In this document: piece by piece, positions 1 to 12,760 of the stretch | How positions within the stretch are numbered: the first letter of the stretch is position 1 | Layout: every line of letters starts with the position of its first letter | Origin: Azolla caroliniana | Taxonomy: Eukaryota; Plantae; Polypodiophyta | Assembly: GCA_043228905.1 (NCBI GenBank) | Contig: JBHGNT010000001.1 | Location: 10,602,001 to 10,666,000, forward strand | Reading direction: 5' to 3' | DNA: 64,000 nt | Translations under genes and position numbers: made by a program | The notes under the pieces: generated by a model | The model's input: only the letters and a program-made list of their open reading frames with translations | The model's database searches: none | What the model was told of the DNA's origin: nothing

Positions 1-119
1 CAATTGAATATTGCTCTTCTTCTTCTTCTTCTTCTTTCTTCTCTGCTTTGTACAATCTCAGTCTCGATCTTTCTTCATTGATTCCTTTTTGTTTTACTTC
101 ATTTTCCTTGGTTTTATAG

Positions 120-3100
120 CTGGAATAGCTGGAATTTCTTCCACTGCAATGTATCGGAAGAACTCATACGAGAGACAGGTAAAGCTTCTCACAGTTTATT
201 CCTCCAAAATCCTCCCTATTTTATTATGAATATGTATATGTGTATGCTATATATTCATATTTTTTGTATTTACGTAGACAAACTGTATGCATGCATACAG
301 ACACTCCATACAAAAGCATGTGCATGTATACATTATACATATAAATATACATATTTATGTCTGTGTATAGACAGTGTATGCATGCATGCATGTCTAGAGA
401 ATGCATACATGTATACGTGGACAGAGTGCATGATCATGTAATTCTCATCTCTCACATAACTGAATTCTCTGTTGAGATTGTGCATATATGAATTGCACAA
501 TGAAATGGATCACACATTTCCATCTACCATGTTACCAAGTATTTGATGGTGGTGAACAACTCTTGATATTTCAATCAATGTGGTTTCTCAGTGTTTTGTT
601 ACTCACGACATTAATAAACGACCCTTGATAGGTGAATGAATGTGGGTTTTTGGTGTTCCCTTACCAAGAAATGAACAATTCTCAATATGTTAATGGATTG
701 TGTATTTTCAGTCATTTGTTACTCAAGAAATCAAAAGAACATGTTGTTATTGAAGATTCTGTTTTGTTTATTTTTTCCTGCAGCTGATGCTTTGGTATCA
801 AGTGGATTAGCAGATATCGGCTACACTTATGTCAACATTGGTTAATTTTCAAACTAATAACACAAACTCTATTTCTTCTTCTTCTTGTCATCAAGACTCT
901 GTTCTTTTTTTTTATTTCTTTGCAGATGATTGTTGGTCATCAAGTCGAGATGAACAGGTGAAGTTTTCTTGCATGTTGTATCTATTCTTGGTTGCTGTTG
1001 GTTATAGATTTGTGAAAAGAATGTATGCACATATGTCCTCACCCTTCTCGGTGGACATTTGTGTATGACACTTATATTATCATGCCTATCTAACATCATA
1101 TTTCCTGCAAATTACTTTATATGCTGAGCATGCGATAAGTAAGTGATATTCGTACTCCACTAGGTTTTCATTGCATATCTTTGTATTTGGGTGATGATGC
1201 CATCATGCTACCTCAACACCTGACTTGTGTGAGCAAGTTCAAAGAAGTGTTAAGATGCTCTGAGAGCTAAGGTTCATGGGGGTAATGAGATGCGATTGGC
1301 TATGTTTTGGAATTTTTACCTTGTATTGTGGCCAACCTTTGCAATGTAATATTCCAAGTTTGACATTTTAGCATCTTGCCACTTCATCCTTAGTGCCTCT
1401 TGTATCTATCCTCAATGATCACATGCTTCATAGCATCACCTTAGAGCTCTAGTAGATATTTTACTCCCCATCTCTTAAAACCGTTCATAATGTCAAGCAC
1501 GCACCAAGCCAGATGAGAGGATTTTCTCTTACTAGCTTTTTGTACATTGCATCCTATGTTCCAAGCTTGTTTTAGCAGTCTATGATCAAGCATATCCTTT
1601 GTCTTTTGCTGCCTTGTTTACTGTTTCTTCAAGTATTTCATTGGCAGGAGAGAGAGAGAGAGAGGGCGAGTTCTTGTAAATGGAGACAACAGAACATTAA
1701 GCACAGTTTTATTGGAGAAGGTCAAAATTTTCTCCTCATGGAGTGTTTGTCTTGTTTATCGGTGATTCAACATGTCCCAGAACCCATGTTGTGGTACAAG
1801 TGTTTTCATACACTTATTAATATATTTTTATATTCTCATAGAGAGAAGGAGGGAGGGATAATGAAAGAAAGATATATTAACATCTTCTAAGACCAAAATT
1901 GGCCCATGAGACAATTGGTTTACAACAAAAATGGGGTATTTACCCATTTATCGAAAGTAAAAAAAAGAAGAAAAGAACTTAAGCTAAAGAATTCTAGTGA
2001 AAAAACATGTTCTATAAGGAAATGGCGTTATACTAGGCGTAGTTTCATTTCCATCAAGTCTCTCGAAAAGAAGCGGGAGGTCATAGGGCTTCGATGTGGA
2101 TGTGGCCCGTTTTCCCAATGTAAAAGGTACTCTAACCATAGCTTCTAGGCGGCGTAGCTCACGTTCCCTTATCTTCTTAATTGTTTCTACTCCATGTCGA
2201 GTTGCTTTGAAGCCCGACATCCGAGGGCGTTTGGTTGTTCTTTGAAATTTTGCTTCATCAAGAGAGAGGATGAGTGGTGTAGGTGTGTCCACATCCATCG
2301 TCTCCCCTTGTTCCTGAAAAATTACATCAGTTACATGTTGGTGAATATTAAGATGGTTATGGTTAATGCTTTGTAGTTTATTCTCCCTATGTTGTTTTAG
2401 CTCTAAGATATACCTACCTAGTCTCTTTATATCCGGGATATCAAATAGTTTGAAGAGGATGGGAGAGGGTCCTAGTATGGGTATTTTGCCATTATCTCGG
2501 CATAAGTTGGACACTTGCATGTAAAGTGATACTCGTCCTCTATCTCTACGTGACATAACCTACATAGCCTTTCCTCTCTAGGGACTCTATTAGCATGACT
2601 ATTCTCAATCTCAAGTCGTTGAGATGATATCCTAAGTTGTCCAATGACCACCCGTAGTGCATTTGATAAGAATGTATCTAGATATTTTGGTCGTGTAATA
2701 AAACTTGACTTAGAGAAGTGCATGAAGTGTTCCTTATAGTATAACATTTTAGATGGGAATGGCTCTCGTGGGGTAATCCATTTATATGGGGTGTAAATTT
2801 GCCATATTTCTTGGTATATTACTTTATTATGGTCCTCATGAGAGATTAAAGTTTGATTAGTCCCATGGTTGTACTTAAGGGGAGGTAGGTTATTAATGTC
2901 TATGTCATTTGCAAGTAACCAACTCATTACAATGCTATACCAAGAGCTAGTATCTCCGGGTGCATAGAACACTAAGTGCAGTTTTATAGATGTTAACCTA
3001 ATATATGAATTTTTGTTTGGAGAAATTGTTGTTTGATATGGTAGTATGGCTTTGATAACGCGAGGATAAGAATATGAATTTCTTCTTTTTATGTTATTTG

Positions 3101-5601
3101 AAGAAACATTGGACACTAGAAGGTGGATGTTGATTTGAATCATTATAATTCTGTGGCTAGGGCTATTTGGTTCCAGATAGAAAGACATTTCCATCAGGCA
3201 TTGCATCCCTTGTAGACTATGTGCATACTAAAGGGTTGAAACTTGGTATCTATTCAGATGCTGGGTAAGGTAGTTGTGGTGACTTTTATTTATGTAAATC
3301 GGAGGAATTACTTAATCCATTCTTTGTATCTCATAATTTTCCTTTTTTCCTAATCCAGGATTTGTACTTGTGAAAAAAGACCAGGTTCCTTATTTCATGA
3401 AGTTCAGGATGCATTCACGTTTGCATCTTGGGTAAAAGATATTCCCGTAGTAGTCTTTGTAACTTTTCATACATATTTATAGCATGTTCTCATTTGATAT
3501 ATGCTTGTGTGTACAGGGTATTGATTATTTGAAGTATGACAATTGTTTTAATTTAGGGATTGAACCCCAACAAAGGTTGCATCTATATCTACCGAAATTT
3601 CAGGGATATACCATTGTTATATGATTGAATTTAGTTTGATTCTTGTAATTAGTTGCTTGTGTTCATGGCTTTACAAAGGTATAACTAGAGGCTTTGACAT
3701 CAGGTATATTCCTATGCGTGATGCTCTCAATCAAACTGGGCGTGCAATCTATTTTTCAATGTGTGAATGGTAAAATGAGAATAATCCTTGATGTGTATAG
3801 CAATGAAAGATCCTTCGAAAGAAATATGGCGGTAAAATAAATCATGTTGATATTAGGGGACAATATGACCCTGCAGAATGGGGTGACACAGTGGGAAACA
3901 GCTGGCGCACAACAGGTGATATTCAAGACAATTGGGAAAGGTTAGTAGAGCATATTAGATATACCATACAGATCTATATTTTTTGTCATTTGTTTTACTT
4001 TCATGTGGATTGTTTTTCGTTTGTGATGTTCATATGTATGCATGAAAGAATAGTGGAGTGGAAAATATTCTTGGGCTTTATTGTAACATCTTAGTGATTG
4101 TCTTCTACAGCATAGTATTGATTGCGGACCTAAATAACCGATGGGCAGCATATGCTGGCCCGGGGGGATGGAATGGTTAGAAAAATGGAAATTTCTCTCT
4201 GGCCAAAATTTTTAACTCGATCTAAAAGCATGAGTTGTTTCTTGACCTAAGTGACCTTTATTCCCAAGATCCCGATATGTTGGAGGTAGGAAATGGTGGG
4301 ATGACATTTACCGAATACCGATCTCATTTCAGTATATGGGCGCTCATGAAGGTTTCTACTGAAACAAAATAAGTTTTTTTACATCACAGTTATAAATAGT
4401 TGTGCAATTGAAAAATGAGTGGTGCTCTATGATGTAGGCTCCACTTCTGGTTGGATGTGATGTGAGGAACATGACAGCTGAAACATATGAGATCCTCTCA
4501 AATACAGAAATAATTTCTGTGAATCAAGGTAAGTTTGACACAATAAGGCTAGTGATTTTGTTTAATTCCTCATCAATAAGTTTTATGTTTACTGAATATT
4601 TTCAGACAGTTTGGGTATACAAGGATCAAAAGTTAGTATTCAAGGATCCGGACAATGCCTTGAGGTATGATTCTACTTAAAAATTATTCAGTGATAGGAT
4701 GTATTAGAGCTTCACACACACATGCACGCACGCACACAGACCCACGCACACACACACAGACCCATGCACCCACGCACACACACACACAGCCCCACGCACG
4801 CATGCACCCTTGTTTTATCTTAACCACAAGTCAGATTATTAGATTATTTTGGAATTTAAATAATATAGTGATCTTGATTATTAAAAATGTGTCAGTGTTT
4901 TTAAATTTATCGATGCATAGATAATATCAAAATTTAATGTAAGAACAATTATAGTGCTAACTAATGTGAAGTAGTGTTTTTTTTTTTGAAAAAAAAAACA
5001 TTATAAATCGTCAGGAAATGCATGTGTAAACTTTTCTTGCAACAGACTTAAGTTTGTCCAGATGTTTCACCATTAGTTTGGCCTCAGGGTTATTACAATA
5101 CATAATAGCATAGGCTCTACATTGTTGGCAGTTAATTGTGATACTCCACATGGAAATGTTTATGATGATATTTTATTAGTACCTGTATGTATTATACATT
5201 TTGTCAGAAATAGTCATATACATTTTTCTTGGTCATTTCAGGTATGGGCAGGCCCATTGTCAGATAATCGGGTTGTTTTGTCACTTTGGAACAAGTGTAC
5301 ACTCGGTGATAATATTACAGCGTGGTGGGTAGATATTGGCCTTAAATCTACTGCATCAATGATTGTGAGAGATCTATGGGAGGTAATTACCCATCCATGG
5401 AATTTTAATTGGTTAATGTTTAATTTGAGCATTAAATCGTTATGACATTGTACTGTAATGTTTGAATTGTGTATGCAGCATATGTACTTATCAGATCTGT
5501 ATATAGGAAACCTGACTGCCTATGTGGAGCCCCATGATTGCAAGATGTATACTTTGACTCATGATGAAGAGATGGATCATCAAGAGATCAAAATTGTCTA
5601 A
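120..5601 (+). CDS. AGAL3: Alpha-galactosidase (GH27), AGAL3-like; 5'-partial, 14 exons visible
   Basis: Exons with GT-AG ends and continuous frame: 120-178 ([19 protein letters not shown]), 784-840, 926-957 (DDCW), 3161-3264 ([17 protein letters not shown]), 3359-3431 (RPGSLFHE), 3517-3575 ([13 protein letters not shown], nucleophile Asp), 3704-3769 (SMCEW), 3857-3940 (NSWRTTGDI, acid/base Asp), 4111-4175 (AGPGGWN), 4269-4351 ([22 protein letters not shown]), 4438-4528 (APLLVGCD), 4606-4664, 5242-5382 (VWAGPLS), 5479-5601 (TAA). The AGAL3 subtype is inferred from recalled motifs. Confidence 0.95.
230..440. repeat. Low-complexity alternating purine/pyrimidine (ATGC/ATAC/CATG) tract in an intron
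   Basis: Runs such as gtatgcatgcatacag and gtatgcatgcatgcatgt. Confidence 0.7.
1830..2990 (-). mobile_element. 5'-truncated non-LTR retrotransposon fragment (C-terminal Cys/His domain, CR1/L2-group-like) in the long alpha-galactosidase intron
   Basis: Minus-strand frames give [46 protein letters not shown] and, after a frameshift near 2475, [31 protein letters not shown]. Boundaries are approximate and no TSD was found. Confidence 0.75.
4712..4808. repeat. Imperfect (CA)n/(CACG)n microsatellite
   Basis: cacacacacatgcacgcacgcacacagacccacgcacacacacacac... Confidence 0.85.
4955..4998 (+). mobile_element. ~45-bp extreme 5'-truncated LINE tail insertion
   Basis: tgctaactaatgtgaagtagtg-(T)n-g-(A)n matches the 3' end of the LINE at 29457-29497; imperfect TSD aacaattata / aacattata. 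Confidence 0.75.
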
Positions 5602-6687
5602 TATCTATGGATACACACATACATATAGAAAATTATTCAAAGAAGACTCAGAAATGTCTTCTGAAAATGCAAAATGTGATATATTTCGATAAGCTATTTT
5701 AGAGGCACAGGGAAGGTTGTAATTACCATCTACTCCCAATTTACTTATTGATGGTTTGTCTTTCCTAAATTTAAAAAGATAGTGTAATCACCAATGTAGA
5801 GACTTCAATAACACTTTGAAGTATAACATATAGCTTCAATCATGAACACTAGTGTCAAGATCACTCTGTTCTCTTGACGTCCTTAACTTGGATCTTGAAG
5901 CATGTGGTTGTTGGAGATGACTCACATGCTGGTTTTGAGGCTAGATCTCATAACATGTATTTATGCAAAGGTATAAGATTTATAGAGAATGTCTTAAAAA
6001 ATAGAACAATGTAAAATCAATATATTTGACCATGATAGAGTATGCATGCATAATATATCATGGTCAATAATATGTTCAATAAAAAAATAAAGATAAAGGT
6101 TGGTGGGTTACGTCTTGAAGTAGAATGCCACATGAAACAATAGAGTATGATATCACATTTTCTTGCTCCCTGAATTTGTAACATCAAGTTATGTGACACA
6201 TTGGTCTAATCTAGGATCAATTTCAGTGCCCCTCAGTAATCTGTGACATGGGGACAATCCATTTACCAAAATGGTTCCCACTTCAGCATTTTCCATTAGC
6301 AAAGCCCTTAGAAGTTTACATTAAACAATAGAATATGATATCGTATCTGCCTTTTCCAACATGACTTAACTTCTAACATCTAGTGATGTGACACTCGGGC
6401 CTTGATTAATATCAGTTTTGGTGTCCATTATTAATAAATGACCATGGAGAGGCCAATCACTTCTAAAAAATGGTTACTTGTTAATGTCCCTATATTAACA
6501 CTACACTCACATGGTGGCAGTAGGGAGAGATAGAGAGGTCAAAACATTGCCTTTTCTGAGGTTTGCTTCCAACCAAAGAGAGAGAGAGGTAAACTGGAAC
6601 TTGGTTTTCAGGCCTAGTCATACAGTTATGGCATATTATCGCTTAAACATAACATTTAGAACCACATCATTTCTGATATCCAAAATA

Positions 6688-7506
6688 CTATTTCTGGCTT
6701 TCCCGAGCTTTGTCCAACCAATATTTTCCCTGCAAATTAAGGCATTCAAAATGTTTGCAAATCCCTAAAGAAACAATGAAAAGATCATCAACAATGCTTG
6801 CAAATTCATAAAGATGCTATGAAAAGCTTATCATCATGAGTAACGAGTAACGAGTAGGGTAGAAGGTATTCAAAATGTTTACAAATCTGTAATGTGGCCT
6901 ACAAATGTATCACCATGAGTGGGTATATGAGGCAATCCAAATGCTTGCAAATACCATAGAGATTCCACAAAAAGCTCACATTCAGGGCTTTCAAAATGTT
7001 AAATGAAAGATTTGCAGCAGAATATAGTGAGTCAGATTGCAAATCCATAGGGAGGCCATGAAAAACTAACCTTGGAAGGCATTCAAAGTGCTTGCAAAAT
7101 CCATAGAGATGCCAAGCAAAGCTTATCACTTAGAAGGTTTTCAAAATGCTTGCAAAACACATATGGATGCCAAAAACATAACTTGAAAGGCATTCAGAAT
7201 GCTTGCAAAACACATAAAGATGCTACAAAAAATTTACTTTCTAAGGCATTCATAATGTTTGCGAAATCTATAAAGATGCGATGAAATGCTTAATACCTTG
7301 ACTGGATCTCTCTCTACACCATAACCTGAGTTGAACATCTCTCCCACCAGAAGCTGCATCTCATAGTCACCTCGTTGAGCAGCGGCAAGATTTTCCTCAA
7401 ACCATCGTTTGGCACATGCTTGGACCACCACTTTTAGCTTCACCCTTCCAGACTCCCCTTCACTTGTGGATTCTAATGTAACATCATTTTGAATTTCCAT
7501 TGACAT
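6688..7506 (-). CDS. Small plant Sel1-like-repeat protein of unknown function, 2 coding exons
   Basis: Exon 7506-7297 (MSMEIQ...VVQACAKRWFEENLAAAQRGDYEMQLLVGEMFNSGYGVERDPVK), donor GTATTA; exon 6729-6688 after ttgcag (GKYWLDKARESQK*). The AxxGDxxxQxxxGxMxxxGxGVxxD..xxWxxKA pattern is a Sel1 repeat. The start codon is uncertain. Confidence 0.8.
6740..7290. repeat. Degenerate ~55-60 bp tandem repeat (~9 copies) filling an intron
   Basis: Recurring core aaggcattcaaaatgcttgcaaaatccatagagatgc. Confidence 0.8.
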
Positions 7507-7989
7507 GATCTTGATATCATGTACATTGGCTCTATCCAAAACACCAAAACATGGTTGCTTCCATTTAGATTTCTCATATATTTTAGGCTTAAACCTTTTT
7601 AACTCACAATAATAGATTTTCAATTATTTAACTTTGCATGACATGACTTCTGTATCATATTTTCTCTTAATATCATATAATCTACATGAACTCCCAAAAG
7701 TGCATTTTCACAGAATTGACTCTGTATGAAACAACTTTCTGTCCAACATTAGACACAGCCATTTCCATTCAGTAGGCATGTGATTTAACTCCTACCATTG
7801 TCATTTTGCAGTTGACAGATGATTCCAATAGGATGTTCAAACTAACTGGATAAAGGTTTTTACAGCTCCATGAAGTCCAGAATCAAAACTTCAATTCCAA
7901 CAAGAAAGCTTATACACAGAAAGTAAAACCTTCAATTTTCATCAATCGAGTAACTGTAAAACTAGAGCATTAATGTAAATAGTGCAGGT

Positions 7990-9090
7990 GCATGTCCAAG
8001 AGGATAACCGAGCAAGAGAAAGGACGAACTTCAGAGAAATCTTAATGTGATAACATAAGGCACGAAGAAAGAAAATTCATTGATAATGCATCTAACTCAC
8101 TGCTGAATTTCAAACCCCTGAGCTAAAGTCTCTCTCATTGGTCCAAGTGGATATTAAGCAAGAGAGAAGAAATTTCAAAGAAATCTTATCATGAGATTGT
8201 CCACGACGAATATGGAAAATGTATCTGGCCTAATCATCGAAAAATAAAAATGCATCCAAATCTCTACTGAATTTCAAACAGGCAAGCAAAATTCTCTCTC
8301 ATTGGTTCACGAGGATAATTAAGCAAGAGAAAGAAGAATTTTTATCATGAAATCCTTCAAGATGAATAAAGAAAATGCCTCTAAAACTCATTGAAAATGC
8401 AGCCTAATCATCAAAAAACAAAAATGCAGCTCAATATCTACTGAATTTCAAACAGCTAAGCTAAATTCTCTCATTGGTACAAGAGGATAATTAAGCTGGA
8501 GAAAGAATATATTTCAAAGACGTCTTATAATTAATTGGTTCAAGAAGAGTAAAAGAAAATTGCAGTTAAAACTTGATGAAAGTGCACTCTTATAATCAAA
8601 AACGGAAAATGCATCAAAATCTCTAATGGATTTCAAATGCCTGAATTGAATTCCCTCTCAGTGATTCAACAGGATAATTAAGCACGAGGAAGAGGGAAAT
8701 CCAGAGAAAGCTATCATGACACTATCCAGAGCCTAAAACTCTGGTGAATTTCAAACAGCTGAGCTGATTGCGCTTTCACTGGTCCAAGAGGATAATAAAG
8801 CATGAGAATGAAAGAACTTCAGAAAAATCTTGATGTGATATCATCAGAGATGAATAAAAGAAATGCATCTAAAACTCATCTACAATGCAATCTAACCATC
8901 GAAAAACAGAAATTCAATCTAAATCTTGACTGAATCTCAAACAGCCATAGCTGAATTCTCTCACTGGTCCAAGAGGATAATTAAGAGCGAGAAAGAAGGA
9001 ATTTCAGCGAAATTTTATAGTGAAATCATCCAAGATGAATAAAGAAAATGCATCTAAAACTCGTCGAAAATGCAGTCTAATCATTGACAA
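7990..9090. repeat. Degenerate ~120-190 bp tandem repeat (~7 copies)
   Basis: Core (t)ggtccaagaggataattaagc near 7993, 8140, 8303, 8476, 8663, 8781 and 8966, with shared ctgaatttcaaac...gctaaattctctc. Confidence 0.8.
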
Positions 9091-9439
9091 GCAAAACTCC
9101 ATCTGATATTACTTAACGGTCATAAGGCATCTCATGGAGAACATTTTTCTTTGATGATCATCTGCTACCTCACATATTAAAGCCATGTATATGTAACCTG
9201 TTACATATTCATAAGGATTGCATTCACAGGAATGAACCTATCTTCCTTCAAGAAAAAATGGTCTTATCTTACTTATACTGTAGTCAAACTTTAACTCCTA
9301 AAATGTGCACACATGAAATATTAGACTTAAGACTTCTCTTATCTTGCTTACACCTCCAACTTTGAAAATTCAAGATTTGAAAGCTCCGAGGCACGTTCTG
9401 CAGACAAAATGAAGCATATTCCAGACTATCTATGACATT

Positions 9440-10020
9440 GGATTCCTCCATAAAAGAAGAAGTTTTCTTTCAGGTTCTCTACAGAAATGAAGCAAAGAAA
9501 AAAGAAAAATCAAACCAGAATTGAGAAGGATGAACTTATAATTGATGCTGTTCTTTACAAAAAAGGCAGAGTTCAACCTCTCTATGAAATTGGAATCCTC
9601 CATAAAAAGATGAAGACGAAGTCTTCTTTCAGGTTCTTTACAGAAAACAGACAAGGAAAAACTCAAAACTAAACCAGAATTGAAAAGGATGAACTTAGGA
9701 TTGCTGGTGTTTTTAGCAGATTCTTTCTTTTCTCCTTCTTTCTTAGCCTTCTTTCATTCCCCCTTGGAGAAAAAGGGAGATTCAATTCAAACCAAATTTG
9801 AGAATGAGGAACTTACAATTTGATTTTTCGAACAGATTCTTCCCGTCTTTCTTTCTTTCTTTGTAGAAGAAGGAGAGTCGCAAAATAAAATAAAATAAAA
9901 CCGGACTTATTGTTCCCTCCTTTCTTTAGAGAATACGGAGACAACCAAAATCAATGCAGAAGTAAAGAGGAGGGAAAAAAAAAAGAACTTACGGTTTCTG
10001 GTCTCTTGAGCAGATTCTTT
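9440..10020 (-). repeat. Degenerate duplications of a putative 5'UTR exon/donor unit
   Basis: Four related units ending in gaactta(t/g/c/c) at about 9532, 9691, 9809 and 9986. On the minus strand the last two read GTAAGTTC. Confidence 0.5.
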
Positions 10021-11366
10021 GTTTCTTAGACGCACAACAAAGGAGACAGGCAATTCAAAAAAAGACGGATTCTTTCTTTCTCTCTTTATCTATCTGAAGA
10101 GAAAGGAGAGAAGCACAATTTCCATGCAGACGTTGAAGGAGAAGACGATGACGAAGAGATGATCGCTCAGCCTTTCGAGCAGACGAGCGCGCTGAATCCT
10201 GCCATTTCCTTCGACTCGACTCGACTCGAGTCGTTTCTTTTATATTATTCCAGTTATGCCCCTGCATTTTCGATATTCTCCATAATACCCTACATTTCAT
10301 ACCCTTTGCTTCCAAGTTCCAACCACCCCCATACTTTACTCTGCCTTCTTCTTTTTTCGCTATATATTAAAATTTAAAACACACGAGAAAACAATTTAAG
10401 AAACCCATGGTGTCCCCATGACAAATAGATAGCCCGGACAATACAATACACACGAACCCTTGGTCTCCCAATGAATGGCCACAGAAAACCCTCTATGGTC
10501 TTGCAATACTAGCTCACATGAAGACAGTTCCTTCAAGGACGACGGTGCCTCGTAGAGCTTTTTGTCGTGAAAATTACTTGTTTTGGTGGTGCTTTGTGGA
10601 AACCATAAAGCAAGAACCCTTTTCTAATACTCGAGCTTGTACCATCGACCCCAATATGTAAGGTAGTCGAAGACACGCTTCTAAAACAGGAAGGGTGAGG
10701 CTCTCTCTTATTGAGTGAAAACCCGTTGGAAGGGTGGCAAAAGTTCCCCACTTAACAATGGCCATTAACAATCCAAATGGGTTTAGCACCTCACCTGCGT
10801 ATGTAAGGACTTTATGACTAGCATCCTCCTCACTCATTTGCAGTCAATAAAACATATCCCATTTGAAATGTACTCGCTTTTAAAGCCACCACGCAAGGTG
10901 GCCAGCCAACAATTGGCTGCCAAAGAAACATTTCCATTCATAATTGAAGATGAAATTATTGTTTTTCATCTAACAATCCATGCCATTAGGTATTGTGCCA
11001 TGCAAATGATACCTTCACTACTAATGAAAGCTCTATCTTCAATAAATTTATGATAAACATAATTGGAGTGTGTCATGAGTATCAATTCATTTTCGTTGAA
11101 TAAGCAATATTTCCATGATGTATTTGCCACCAGTTCCAAAATAGAGGCTACAAGAATGGGCAATGTAGATTAAAATCACATCGAAGTGATGTATATGAAA
11201 TGGTTCACATTGTCTTGAAGGCCATGATCCTCCTACGTAGCATTAAAATAGCATTTTGCATAGGTGAGTGTAGCTTTGCTACTCGATTGAATTTAAACTT
11301 GAGTTTTTGTTTTCCATCCCAATATAGGAGCTATGAGGAGACGAGTACCTTTAATAGAAGGAAACT

Positions 11367-11749
11367 CATTGTTGTAGAATACTTAACATACAAGACACGT
11401 AGAATATGTATGCTAAGTATTCTAACTTATTAAAAATAATACTTAGAATACATATTTTACAAATAAAATACGTTAAATATGTTAAATACTTAGAATAGGT
11501 ATAGAATACTTTAAATATGTAGAATATTTGTAAAATACTTTAAATACTTCTTAAAATTCTAAGTTTTTTTTTTTCAAAAGAAAATAATTTTTAAAAATTT
11601 AAAACTTTTTTGAAATGTTAATACATAGAATACGTGAAAATTTGAAAAATGGTAGTTCTAAAATGTAGAATATGTGTAGAATACTTTAGACTCTAGAGTA
11701 TTCTAAAATGTATTCTAAGCGTAGAATACGTGTTTTTTTAACAACTATG
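11367..11749. mobile_element. AT-rich MITE, probably hAT-derived
   Basis: Imperfect TIRs cattgttgt / acaactatg; 8-bp TSD aggaaact / aggaaagt (1 mismatch); interior made of (t)agaatac-like subrepeats. Confidence 0.55.
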
Positions 11750-12199
11750 AGGAAAGTTGAGTCTCATAGTACATAAAATTCGTGTTCGTCTAGCATAACA
11801 TTCGTTTTCCTACTTTGGAAAACGAATGTGAATGTTCTTCAAACATTCTTGTTTTTTTTTTCCATTTTTTAAGGTTTTTTTGTTGTTTTTTATTCCATTT
11901 TTTAGGTTTATTTACCTCATAATAAATAGTTAATCCAAAAGTATGGTATTTATCATTCTTTGAGGGTGTTTACCATACTCGAATGATTGAACCATTCGCA
12001 AATGTGAATGCACGTATGGTACATATGGTTCATGCTATGGAGGAAACTGCTATACCTACTCGACTAATCTCAAACTTGGTAACCACTTTAGGGGAAGAAA
12101 AAGGATGACTTGAAGCTTCTTAAAAACTATTGTGTATGTGATTTCTATTGGGTGGAAAGCTACTACTAAGCTCGAAAAGCGTACAACCATATATGTAAA

Positions 12200-12760
12200 A
12201 CAATCTACCTATATCTCATCATTTTTTATATGATGGGCACTTATAATCCATGTTTAAGATTCGAACCAAGCACATGTTCTATCTAAGCTAGTGAGCTTTA
12301 CAAATTAATTCCCTAAGATGGCACATTTCCTTCTTGAACTGAAATTATTAATAGATAGGAGACAATATAGCTAGTTGTGACAAAAATATTCAAACATCAT
12401 TCCCCAAATGACATTATCAACAATTGTTGGCCACAAATAATCTCAAATTTTAGAGGTACTCTTTCTATATGCTCAACATCTCTTGTGGGTTCTTTTAAGT
12501 GATCATTTGCAAAGTAACATCCGAATTAAGTGTCAAATAAAATGTTAGAGTAGTATCTTTGTTGCTTCACTAATTATAACATGATGATTGGTTTGAGTTC
12601 ACGCATTCTGCAAAATATGATTGCAACAATCTTCCCAAATCAAGGTAGATTATCAACCGCTTGAACCATTCGCAATATCTTCCTAGATCAATAACATGGT
12701 ATTTCAACATATTCACTTTACGATGTCATGTTGTGGGAATCTTACGAGAGAAAATGCATC
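12200..12760 (-). pseudogene. Possible highly decayed hAT-like transposase C-terminus
   Basis: Only short motif-like remnants (RFPQHDI; SVQE..) among many stops. Confidence 0.25.

Noticed and set aside
11-229. 72-aa hydrophobic ORF as the signal-peptide exon
   Set aside because: It is a pyrimidine-rich intron end read in a different frame from the true WNSWN exon (120-178)
2990-3206. N-terminal part of ORF 2472-3206 as coding sequence
   Set aside because: It overlaps an alpha-galactosidase exon antisense, and LINE similarity begins only near 2960
10212-10234. TCGAC repeat/palindrome near the presumed Sel1-like gene promoter
   Set aside because: Too short to support a regulatory call without TSS data
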